Origin: a virus | Lineage: Duplodnaviria; Heunggongvirae; Uroviricota; Caudoviricetes | Strand: one strand, 5' to 3' | DNA: 64,000 bases | IMG/VR virus record: IMGVR_UViG_3300028048_001599 | Translations under genes and position numbers: made by a program | Notes under the pieces: model-generated | Database searches by the model: none | Told to the model about the DNA's origin: nothing | The model's input: the letters and a program-made list of their open reading frames with translations, nothing else | In this document: piece by piece, positions 29,988 to 40,000 of the stretch | How the letters are laid out: every line of letters begins with the position of its first letter | Position numbering within the stretch: the stretch's first letter is position 1

Positions 29988-31433
29988 ATGACAAAGATTA
30001 GGTATTTACTCTTATGGGTTATTGTATCATTTCTCATTATGTTCTTTGTATCTTGGGGTATTGAAAGTGCTGCTCTTGAATCTGAAGCTCGACAAGTGCA
30101 GGCACTAACAGAACTTGCTGCTGATTGTGCATTGCAGGCTGGTCAAGGTATTGACGACTTCTTTACTACATATGATACATGGGACGCCCCTGCAGGGGTA
30201 TGGACTAACCATGGTATTAATGGTAGAACACGTTCTTCAGATCGAAATGGTTATGGTTTAAATATATTATACCATGCAGGGAAAAATGCAACAAAATATT
30301 CTTCATCTGACTTGTTTAAATGGTATTTTGGTGAGAGTCATGCTTCAAATACATATGATTCAGGATTAACAACTTACGGTAGTTTCAAAGATAGACAAAC
30401 ATTATTCACTAAACTATATAATGGTAAAGCTACAAATGCGACTGCTGACGCTAAAGCATTTTTGAAGTTTGCAAGGTCAAAACAGTGTTTAAGTTTAATG
30501 ACTCAGATTCCATACATGAAAGATAATGGTGACATTCTTTGGGTTTCAGTACCCCGCATAGCTTTGATAGGGGCACAGTGGATTTGGGATAATGAGGCTG
30601 ATTATGTAAGTACTTTAACGAGTGATGTTCTTAGTGCTTCTGTTCCAAGTGGAGAACGTAATGACGCTAAATCATTTGGTTGGAAGGCACTTGTGCAGAA
30701 TGATTATATGTATGCAACTAAAACCGGATATTTTGGTAGATACTTTTTGACTCCATCGAAAGTTGGTGTAACTTATGTATCTCCTGGTCTTGTACAGGCA
30801 ATATACCGTAATAATCTTGATATTATAATGAGGTACAAGTATAATGAGGACAGTAAACTTGCAGAGCATAATGGTATATTACTTAATAGTTTCAAAGATA
30901 GTACTGATTTTACTTCTTCAAGTGTAAAAACAAGTATCAACTCATATAATAATACATATAATGAGAGTTCACACGTAGGTGTTATAAATAATGGTTTATT
31001 CACAGTAAATCTTGACCACTCGTCTATTGAAAAAATAGAATACAAGACAGTAGACGTATTTAATTCTGCTAATGCAGCTATTATAGAACAGTTATACGGT
31101 GGATATGTAGAATTCAACTCAGCAGGAGGGGTATCAAGTACAGGGGTAATGACTGCTAATAAATTGAAGGATAGGTTTAAAAGGATTCATATAAAACCTG
31201 ATAACTCAGTTTACCGTGAATCTAATAATTTTATTGTTGTAGCAAAAGTAACATTCTCAACGGACGTGATACTTAACCATAAGACAGCGGTGTTTACTAA
31301 TTGGAATGTAAGGTTTGATAATGGGGTAGCACATAACTATAACGACATAATTCAGACAACGGGTAGTGGTACAAACCGATCCACAAGGAGTAAAAAGTAT
31401 ACTTATACAAGATACTACGCAGTAACCGCATAA
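29988..31433 (+). CDS. TadG-like large pseudopilin / tip adhesin
   Basis: N-terminal TM followed by QALTELAADCALQAG (the TadG-type Q.AAD.AA.AG helix). Confidence 0.65.
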   Translation: MTKIRYLLLWVIVSFLIMFFVSWGIESAALESEARQVQALTELAADCALQAGQGIDDFFTTYDTWDAPAGVWTNHGINGRTRSSDRNGYGLNILYHAGKNATKYSSSDLFKWYFGESHASNTYDSGLTTYGSFKDRQTLFTKLYNGKATNATADAKAFLKFARSKQCLSLMTQIPYMKDNGDILWVSVPRIALIGAQWIWDNEADYVSTLTSDVLSASVPSGERNDAKSFGWKALVQNDYMYATKTGYFGRYFLTPSKVGVTYVSPGLVQAIYRNNLDIIMRYKYNEDSKLAEHNGILLNSFKDSTDFTSSSVKTSINSYNNTYNESSHVGVINNGLFTVNLDHSSIEKIEYKTVDVFNSANAAIIEQLYGGYVEFNSAGGVSSTGVMTANKLKDRFKRIHIKPDNSVYRESNNFIVVAKVTFSTDVILNHKTAVFTNWNVRFDNGVAHNYNDIIQTTGSGTNRSTRSKKYTYTRYYAVTA

Positions 31434-31439
31434 TACAAT

Positions 31440-31472
31440 GAGGTCGATTTTCCGACTTGAAAATCGACCTTT
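31440..31472 (+). terminator. intrinsic terminator ending the Tad operon
   Basis: AGGTCGATTTTC/GAAAATCGACCT stem followed by a T-rich tail. Confidence 0.8.
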
Positions 31473-31545
31473 ATTTTATTATATAATAGGTTTTGGAAAT
31501 AGTTTTGACAGTTTTCCAAAACTTATAAAATGAAAACCAAAAGAG

Positions 31546-32064
31546 GTGAATAAAAAGATGTTGTACATACTTACAGATAATGACATTTATACAATCGCAT
31601 ATATCTGTCAAAATGGGGTATTTCCTGATAAGTACGCCTTGGAGAGCGAAAGTATCAAGAATGTTATGCCTTACTTTAATGAAGACGATGAGGTTGTAGT
31701 ATTAACTCAGGGGCTTATTAACTGGACATTTGTAAGGTTGACAAAGTTATTGAGTGCCTTGGAGTCTTGTACAAACCTTAAATCTTGGAAAATATATTCT
31801 ACTATTGAATTACCTCTAAAATATGATTATATACTTGTAAGAGGTGATTTATTCCATGGGGAATATGTAGATTATAAACACAGAAAATGGGGTAAACCAT
31901 ACAAGGCAAATTTTGGTTCTGTATACAAGGATTATGATAAACAGAAGGAGCCTTTGTCATTCGACTTCGATGAAGAAACGGATGAAACGGAGCACATGGT
32001 GGTAAGTAATGAAACGCCTTTACATTTAGTTAAGGTGGATATATCTAAGCGAAAGGACGGTTAA
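31546..32064 (+). CDS. hypothetical protein (first gene of the actin module)
   Basis: 172 aa, GTG start. Confidence 0.7.
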   Translation: MNKKMLYILTDNDIYTIAYICQNGVFPDKYALESESIKNVMPYFNEDDEVVVLTQGLINWTFVRLTKLLSALESCTNLKSWKIYSTIELPLKYDYILVRGDLFHGEYVDYKHRKWGKPYKANFGSVYKDYDKQKEPLSFDFDEETDETEHMVVSNETPLHLVKVDISKRKDG

Positions 32065-32066
32065 TA

Positions 32067-33206
32067 ATGACAACAGCGAACGTGACAATTCTTGTAGACT
32101 TGGGTAACTCTGAGACAAGGGCAGAGTTAGTCTACATGGGAAAAAGTGTAACAATTTCAGTTCCTAATAGGTTTTATGAACTGAAACCTAACTATTTAAT
32201 TCCTGAGGAATACCGTAACAGTGATTCGACTGTATTCTGTAATGACGGTATCTACCTAGCTAACGGTGAGCTAGTAGCTATAGAGTTTCCAAAGAGGGGT
32301 CTTGCTCCGATTGGCTTTAGCGACAAGTCATCGCAGATTACATCAAAGTATAGTATTATACTTCTTATGATTAAGGCAATAAATAAAATCAGTGGTGACA
32401 TTGGTGCTAAAGCATCAGATATAAACTGGGTGTTTAATATTGCAGTTTTACTTCCACCGTTTGAACAGGACAAACGAACAAATGACCAACCGAGCGGTAA
32501 AGAAGCTATGATTGACCTTATTCGTTCCATTACACAGATTAATAGTGTATCACCCGTAAAATACAGTGTTCCTATTGCGATTAAGGAAATCAAAGTATTA
32601 CCTGAAGGTGTTGTAGCATTTACAGCGGCTATGTTTAAGCTTGAAGACGGAAAGATAAACATAAATACTGATAATCAGAAGTACAAGCAGGGGTACTGTA
32701 TAGTACTCGATATTGGTGCAGGGACAACCGATATGGTAGTTGTCCGTGACGGTAAGTTTATTATGTCTACAAAGGAGACTTTTAGAAAAGGCGGAAATCT
32801 TGTGGAGTCCACTTGTAGAACATTGATTAGACGTAAGTATAATGTATCTCCCTCAGATATGAAAGAAATAATAGAAACAGGGGTATACCATCACGCTAAT
32901 GATACTCTAATTGTTGATGACCTGTTGGATGAGGCTAAAAAAGACTACGCTGAAAATGTACTTCAGGATATTATAGCTTACCTCGGTGAGAAAGATATAC
33001 CTGTTCAGGAATTGAGGGGTGTTCTTACTGTAGGTGGTGGTTCACTTCCTACAATGCGAAATGGTGTAGTAGTTAGTGAGCCTATGTCAGCACCTCTTGT
33101 AGCTCTACTTAAACAGTTTTCACCGTCAATTGAACAGATAAAGTTGGACTCTAATCCACGTTATGCAAATCTTGACGGGTTGCATATAATGTCTACAGCA
33201 TGGTAA
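32067..33206 (+). CDS. parM: ParM/StbA-family actin-like ATPase
   Basis: Actin motifs VDLGNSET, VLPEG, LDIGAGTTD, VGGG and RYANLDG. Confidence 0.88.
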   Translation: MTTANVTILVDLGNSETRAELVYMGKSVTISVPNRFYELKPNYLIPEEYRNSDSTVFCNDGIYLANGELVAIEFPKRGLAPIGFSDKSSQITSKYSIILLMIKAINKISGDIGAKASDINWVFNIAVLLPPFEQDKRTNDQPSGKEAMIDLIRSITQINSVSPVKYSVPIAIKEIKVLPEGVVAFTAAMFKLEDGKININTDNQKYKQGYCIVLDIGAGTTDMVVVRDGKFIMSTKETFRKGGNLVESTCRTLIRRKYNVSPSDMKEIIETGVYHHANDTLIVDDLLDEAKKDYAENVLQDIIAYLGEKDIPVQELRGVLTVGGGSLPTMRNGVVVSEPMSAPLVALLKQFSPSIEQIKLDSNPRYANLDGLHIMSTAW

Positions 33207-33218
33207 GGGGGTAGTGAT

Positions 33219-34754
33219 ATGATAATCATTATAGGTAGTTCAATATCTGAGGATAAATTGCCAACATTTTCAGAGTTCAAAATTATTGAAGGTGCAGCAG
33301 AAGCAAAGATGACGCTCAGACTCACAAATAATCCTACTGCAGTTTTTGTTCATGAATCACTTGCAAAAGATTTGAATACACCGCTTGTATCAAAGGCAAT
33401 TCGTGATAATTTTGTTTACTTCTCAAATGATAATGACCTCTTAAAGAAGATTTCTGGTATCTCAGATGAAGATAATAGTAATAATGAGGCTAAACAGGAT
33501 ACAGTTAAGGAAACTCCAGCTAAACCTGTGGAAGTTCCGAAGAAACAGGATAAACCGACTGTAATCGTACCTCCTGCGTCTACTCCTGCACCTGCTACCG
33601 CTGTCGTTAGTGAACCGGCAAAACCAGTTCCGGCAGATGTCAAGAAGGAAACAGGGGTAAAACCGGGGGTTACTTCACAGGAGAACAAACCAGTAGTGAC
33701 TAATGTAAGTACTCCTGAAACAAAACCTGTTGTTTCAACATCGATTGACGATGGTATAACTGAGATAGATGAAACTGACGATGATGTTTTCTCAAACACA
33801 TTTAAGATTCCTATGTCAATCAACGGCAGTTATGATGCTATGGCTGCTAAATTAAAAGCTAAGGAAGAACAGTTATCACAGTTCCAGCAGATGTTTACAT
33901 CTAAGTGCGAAGAATATGACACGATGATTCGTGAACAGGACGAAAGCACAGCACAGATAATCAAGACTTATGAGAACAAGTTGAAGGAAGCTTCTACTGC
34001 ATTTAATAAGTTGAAGAACGATTATTCAAAAGCAATGTCAACCACTGGTAAATATCATGTATATGCTGAAAAGACAAAAGGTGTTCTAAAAGAGGGGTTT
34101 GCACCTGCTGAGAAGGAAGCTATTCAGAGTCTTGGTCTTGACCTTTGTATCATGTGTACTGCAGGTGATGTTACGGATATGCATTTTATGATGCAACAGA
34201 ATATTGAAACATTTAAGGAAGATTATGTATTCATCGATTTTACAGGTACACATTTCTTTGATACTATGTATCAGACTAATTTAAGTGGTGCACTCCGTCT
34301 GTTTAATTTTGTATCACAGGATGAGCTTACATCTCTTAAGAATAGTTTCTACCATAAGGAAAAGGCTGATATAATCGCAGAATATAATTTCCATGATATT
34401 ACATTCCTCGATAGTGATTGGGTAACATTCTTTAAGAACCTTAAAATAATGTTCCCTGACCGTAAGATAATACTTCTATTCAATAGTATTTCAAGTTTTT
34501 CGGTTCTTTACACACTCTCAAAGTTGGCTACAATATTTAAGGCTTATGTGCATCTGCGTTGTTCGTATTTTTCAATTCAGAATACATATACAAGACTTCG
34601 TCTTGTACCAGCAAGTAGGGGTATCAAACTTGTTGCTACTTACTACTTCGATGACGTTAAGGATATTATTACAGAAGTAGGTAAAAAGTATGAGATAAAG
34701 ACAAGTACTGATATATTGTCACTGTCTACCATAGAAAATAGACTTAATAAGTAA
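33219..34754 (+). CDS. multidomain protein: small N-domain, Pro/Thr/acidic linker, coiled coil, degenerate P-loop-like C-domain
   Basis: Low-complexity linker at aa ~85-190 and a heptad region. The C-terminal YVFIDF...AYVHLRCSYFSIQN resembles an inactive MinD/CpaE fold. Confidence 0.55.
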   Translation: MIIIIGSSISEDKLPTFSEFKIIEGAAEAKMTLRLTNNPTAVFVHESLAKDLNTPLVSKAIRDNFVYFSNDNDLLKKISGISDEDNSNNEAKQDTVKETPAKPVEVPKKQDKPTVIVPPASTPAPATAVVSEPAKPVPADVKKETGVKPGVTSQENKPVVTNVSTPETKPVVSTSIDDGITEIDETDDDVFSNTFKIPMSINGSYDAMAAKLKAKEEQLSQFQQMFTSKCEEYDTMIREQDESTAQIIKTYENKLKEASTAFNKLKNDYSKAMSTTGKYHVYAEKTKGVLKEGFAPAEKEAIQSLGLDLCIMCTAGDVTDMHFMMQQNIETFKEDYVFIDFTGTHFFDTMYQTNLSGALRLFNFVSQDELTSLKNSFYHKEKADIIAEYNFHDITFLDSDWVTFFKNLKIMFPDRKIILLFNSISSFSVLYTLSKLATIFKAYVHLRCSYFSIQNTYTRLRLVPASRGIKLVATYYFDDVKDIITEVGKKYEIKTSTDILSLSTIENRLNK

Positions 34755-34766
34755 GTTTAAGGAGGG

Positions 34767-35630
34767 TTGACAGTGGGTGAAATAAAGCGGGTGAGTGTTA
34801 GTCTTAAAGTTGATTCAAGTGATGAACTTTATTGGTCTTTAATACAACCACTGCAACAAAACCGTCAGTTAGCAAGTTTTCTTGTAACTTTACTTCAGGC
34901 TTACAAAGATGACGGTGATGTTCATGATTTAGTAGACACATTCGCTAATGAAAATAGTGGTGTAGCAAAATTAAGGGGTCACTTGGAAAACCTTATTGAC
35001 TTACAGGCTAAGGCTACAAGATTTGCGGAGGACGTTAATGATTCACTCGGTGGGGGTAATAACGAAAGTACTATTGAGAATTTTTTTGATACCGAGGATG
35101 TTGAGGATGATTCTATTAGTGCTGAACAAGGGGTTCAGGACAGTCAAACAGGTCAAGTTGTTGTTAAGCCTGCAGGTGTTGTAAATAGACCAGTTGATGC
35201 TTCTAAAAAGACTAAGAGTAATAGTTCTGCACTTGCAAAACCTGGTGAATACATTCCAAGTCAGAGCATAATCAAAGCGGTATTGAAACGTCTTGATGAT
35301 GTAGAGGACACTTTGAAAGTAATAAAATCTGTTGTACATGTCCAAGATACAGAGGTAAGCAGAGCTGTTGAAAACTCTGTTGAAAATGTTGAAAATATGT
35401 CAGAAGTTGATGATATTAAGGATACAGGCAAAGAACCTGTAATATCTGAAGTACCTGATGAAGTCATGGAGTTGTCCGATAAGAAAACAGAGGTATCCGA
35501 GGTTTCCGAAGTACCTGAGATCGACAATAATCAGTCTGCAATAGCTAAACAGACAACTGTAGTTGAGGACGATTCACAGAAGTACCTTAAAAGTATGATG
35601 GACGACATATTTAAAGATAGTGGTTTATAA
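34767..35630 (+). CDS. putative ParR-like adaptor (RHH-like N-terminus, acidic disordered body)
   Basis: KRVSVSLKV-helix-helix N-terminus and a terminal amphipathic helix YLKSMMDDIF; lies downstream of parM. Confidence 0.5.
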   Translation: MTVGEIKRVSVSLKVDSSDELYWSLIQPLQQNRQLASFLVTLLQAYKDDGDVHDLVDTFANENSGVAKLRGHLENLIDLQAKATRFAEDVNDSLGGGNNESTIENFFDTEDVEDDSISAEQGVQDSQTGQVVVKPAGVVNRPVDASKKTKSNSSALAKPGEYIPSQSIIKAVLKRLDDVEDTLKVIKSVVHVQDTEVSRAVENSVENVENMSEVDDIKDTGKEPVISEVPDEVMELSDKKTEVSEVSEVPEIDNNQSAIAKQTTVVEDDSQKYLKSMMDDIFKDSGL

Positions 35631-35653
35631 TAAAAGAAAGTTGGTTACAAATT

Positions 35654-36610
35654 ATGAGTACAAATGGACAGCGTTATATTTTAATTGACTATAATCATAT
35701 GGCTTATAAGTTTTTCTATGGGGCACAGCCTTTAAGTTCCGTAGTAAATATAAACGGTGTTGATACGATTGTAGACACCACAATAGCTTACGGTACTATC
35801 AGAGCCTTGAATAATTATGGTCAAAGGGGTAAATACTATATCGGTATTTGTTACGAGGGTGGCTCAAAGTTTCGTAAAGAATATTTTAGTGGTTCAACAA
35901 CCGAGGGTTATAAAGGAACACGTAAGTCGATGGATAATAAAATGAAGGCAGCTATTGACGTTTCAATTGATTTACTTGCTAAGTGTGGTGCCGCGCAGTA
36001 TCGTTGTTTGGGTTACGAGGCTGATGATATGATTTATTCTATTGTAAAGCGTATCAAGGCAGTTGATAAAACAACACCGATTGATATTATCACAGGTGAT
36101 GGGGATATGTTACCACTTGTAGATGAACAGGTGTCTGTATTTATGAAAGGTACTCGCACTTTTGCTTTTCCGGGTGCAAACGAATACAGGGGGTATTATC
36201 AGGTAACTCCTGAGAGCTGGGAACAATATCTCAAAAATACTTCTGCTTATAAGGATTATCTCATTCCGTATAATTCAATGTTACTTTTTAAGCTTATGAA
36301 GGGTGATAAGGCAGATAATATACCTGCAGTTACACGAGGATACGGTGGTAAAGGTTACTCAGCACTTATGCAGAAAATGCTTAATGACGGTATTGATTTT
36401 TCCGAAGTATTCCGGTATGGCGTAGACTTCGATGAAACAATACGTCCTGTGTTAAAGTACTATTTTGATACAGATACAATTGATAAGATGAAATGGATAT
36501 ACGGGGGTATGAACCTTAGAAATTTCGAGGGTGACATTGCTCCTCTGAAGCAACTTCCAATAGATAAAGTTCACGTTGTATATTCATCGATAGGTATTAA
36601 TAAAATTTAA
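35654..36610 (+). CDS. stand-alone 5'-3' exonuclease / flap endonuclease (Pol I N-terminal domain type)
   Basis: Motifs LID, YKGTR, GYEADD, TGDGDM and GDKADNIP. Confidence 0.92.
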   Translation: MSTNGQRYILIDYNHMAYKFFYGAQPLSSVVNINGVDTIVDTTIAYGTIRALNNYGQRGKYYIGICYEGGSKFRKEYFSGSTTEGYKGTRKSMDNKMKAAIDVSIDLLAKCGAAQYRCLGYEADDMIYSIVKRIKAVDKTTPIDIITGDGDMLPLVDEQVSVFMKGTRTFAFPGANEYRGYYQVTPESWEQYLKNTSAYKDYLIPYNSMLLFKLMKGDKADNIPAVTRGYGGKGYSALMQKMLNDGIDFSEVFRYGVDFDETIRPVLKYYFDTDTIDKMKWIYGGMNLRNFEGDIAPLKQLPIDKVHVVYSSIGINKI

Positions 36611-36682
36611 GCATTTAAGCGAGGTAAATTAATTTATGTTAATTTACAAATATATCAAGGAATGTAATAAATTTAAGGCACT

Positions 36683-36813
36683 AATAAAAGTAGAAGAATA
36701 TATAGGGTTTAGTGTTTAACCCTATCAAAGTAAGTGTGTAAAGCTGATTGACAAAGTTTTAATGAAGTTATTTATTATATTTTAATAGTCTTTATTAAAA
36801 ACAAAACATAATA
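36683..36813 (+). mobile_element. orphan, internally deleted IS607 right end (omegaRNA scaffold without tnpB)
   Basis: 36683-36707 matches 19066-19090, and 36705-36813 matches about 19194-19302 with about 4 substitutions. Confidence 0.9.
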
Positions 36814-37042
36814 TTTTCAAGACATAAAGTTTTTAAAGTTATGTTTAGTATACGCGGGTTCTGAAGGTCAGAATTTATTAGTAACAATTTTTGACTATGA
36901 TACGAATTTTTTAACAGGTTATGTTAAAGAACATTCATTAAACAAGTCTGTAAAAACTGTAAGTAATAAAAAGGTTGATAAGTATGTTAGTGTTGGTTGG
37001 AAAGTTGATTTCAATGAATATTATACAAATCAATCTGGTAAA

Positions 37043-40000
37043 GTGTATATAGACCAACAAGGGGGAGAATTTTACGATATATTCCCTGAAGGTGCAACAT
37101 TAGATATTTCATCGTTGAAAGTATATGTAGATAATAAAATGGTTAATGAGGCTGACTATACTTATTCGATCGATGAGAATTTTAATAACAGTAACAAAAT
37201 AATGTTGGCAATAAAGATTAATAAAGAAGCGAAAAATGGTTATACAGTTTATTATAATACTATTCACTCATGGGAAAATATAAATGACTTTGGTGATAAA
37301 GCATTAAATTCGGTAATGTATAAGTCTTGTAATGAAACTTTTAGTACAGGTAAAAAACTAAATCAAGGTGATATATATTATTCTGATTTGTTTGAAAATT
37401 TAAGTTACGATGACGTTAGTAGCGAAGATAGAGATAAAAGATTATTTGCGTTTAGTGAACATAGTTATATTATAGATGTACCAATAGCTGTTTCTGCCGG
37501 ACTTAAAAAATCTGTTAAAGCAGGGGATTCTTTGGTATATAGTTCATCAGAAACGATAAGGGGTAAAGTTCCTTATACTTATAATATTAGATATGCTACA
37601 GATTCAGAGACTAGGGCTAAAAATATAGTTATATTTGATAACTTAGATAATTATGTAGAAAACCATACACGAGGAGTACTAACAAGTATAGATGTAAGTG
37701 AACTAAAAAAGTTGGGAGCAAACCCGAAAATATATTGTTCGGAACAAGATATTGATTTTAGTATTGAGGCTAATAGGAGTTTAAGTAATAATAATTGGAG
37801 TAGTTACGAAAATTCTAACTTATCAAAAGTAAAGTCTATAGCTATAGATGTTTCTAAGGATAGTAAAGGTAATGATTTTGTTCTGGATTATAATAAGGCT
37901 ATACATATCTATATTAAAATGTATGTTAATGAGTTGTCAGAAGACGTAGAAAAGAATAAAATATATAATGGGGTACATTCTGTAAGTGACTTTTTAATAG
38001 AAAATAATGTTAGTAACAGATATGTACAATGGGGTTATACTGTATTAGATTGTAGGTCAGCGGCACAGTTTTCTATTAAGAAGGTTGATGAAGCTGATTC
38101 TTCAAAAGCATTGTCAAATGTAAGATTTATATTGACTGGTGTTTCTGATTATAGTGGTGATGTTTATAAGTTGAAAACAACTAATAATAATGGTATCATA
38201 GACTTTGGTATGCTAGAAAAAGGTAATTATTCACTTTATGAATATGATTATGCTAATCCTGATTATTTTGTGAATAGTTTAGTTTTTGATATAGTTGTTG
38301 ATGCTAATAACAATATAAAAGTAAACGGAAATAGTATTAATTTACCTTATGTTATAGGTGACACAAGAAGAATACATAATGATATACAATTTAACAAGAG
38401 GGACTTGGTGAATAAGAGTGTAGCTCTGGAAAATGTTAAGTTTGTATTAACAGGTACTTCTGACTACAGTACTAAGGTTTTTGAATATGCTTCATCTGAT
38501 AGTGATGGTATAGTTAAATTTGAAAACATAGAAAAAGGTACTTATGCACTTAAGGAAGTTAAAACAAAAACAGGTTATGTAATTAATACTGCTGAATATA
38601 AAGTCACTATAGATGATAATGCACAAGTTAATATTATGAAGGACGGAAATAATTTAAATATAGACTCTAATGGGTTACTGACAGTTTATAATGAACCTCA
38701 GCATAGATTGGTAATACATAAAGTAGGAACTATACAAAATGCTGGTGGAGATGTTGATGATGTAGCAGGAGCAAAGATAAACTTGTTAGGTGGTACTGTT
38801 GATGGTGATTCTGTTGATATAACTTTAACTACTGATAGTAACGGTTTAGCTATATTTAATGGTTTACATTCTGGTTCATATAATTTAGTAGAAGTAGAAG
38901 CACCAGAGGGGTATACTGTTAATTCAAATATTTATACGGTTACTATAAAGCCTGAAGGGATTACTGTTGATGGACTTGAACAAGATGCACAAGGTAATTA
39001 TTTATTAGTAGATAAAGAAGCAGGAACTTTGGAAATACATAAGAAATGGATAGATAGTTCTACAAATAACCGTGAAGAACCTGTTATACATGTAACTACT
39101 AGTATGCCATCATGGAGTGTACAGTTTGATAAAAGTAAATTAAAGCGTGAGACATATGCTACAGCGAGTGGAAATGTTTCATGGACTGATATTACTGGGT
39201 TTGAATATACTTCATTATCAGATAGAGATAATCAGATTTTAGCTGATTTAAGAATGTTAGTAAGAACAAATCCTCCTAACGTATATACTGTGGATGATTA
39301 TACATTGTATAGAGTGGATGACGGTGCTACACAGTTTGTATTATATGCTTATGTAGGTTCTGATAAAAAATTGTACTGGTGGACAAATGCAAGGGATGTC
39401 TATATGTGTTCTGATTGTAGTCATTTATTTGACGGAACAAAAATAGAGTCTTTTGATATACAGTATACGAATGTAAATAATAAGTCTGGTGCAAATATAA
39501 AATTTAATAAAACATTAGACTTATCTTATATGTTTGCAAATTCAGAGCTAAAAACAATGTGTTCTTATTTAGCTGCTGATAATGTAATAACTGCTAAAGG
39601 TATGTTTGCAGGTTGTCAGGATTTAGCATTTACTGATACTACTGCTATTGAATGTCAGCGGTGGAAACAAAAAGAAGATGATTGGGTTCGTGAGGATGTT
39701 ACTTTATATAGTTATAAATTTTCATTAGGTGATTCTAGTAACTTAGAGGATATATCTTCTATGTTTGAGGGAACGGAGTTAAAGTATGGACCTCGTGGGT
39801 TTGAATGTGAAGCGTTAGATTTGAACGAGTTAAATGTTTCTGCTGTACAAAATATGAGTAGGATGTTTAAAGATTCTAACGTAAAACCAGCTTTTAAAAG
39901 TTGGGAAAATACTGTAGTTAATGACATGACTGAAATGTTTTATAATAATACTACTATAGAGGTAGTAGAATTACCTCATGTTGTTAGTAGTATTGATTAT

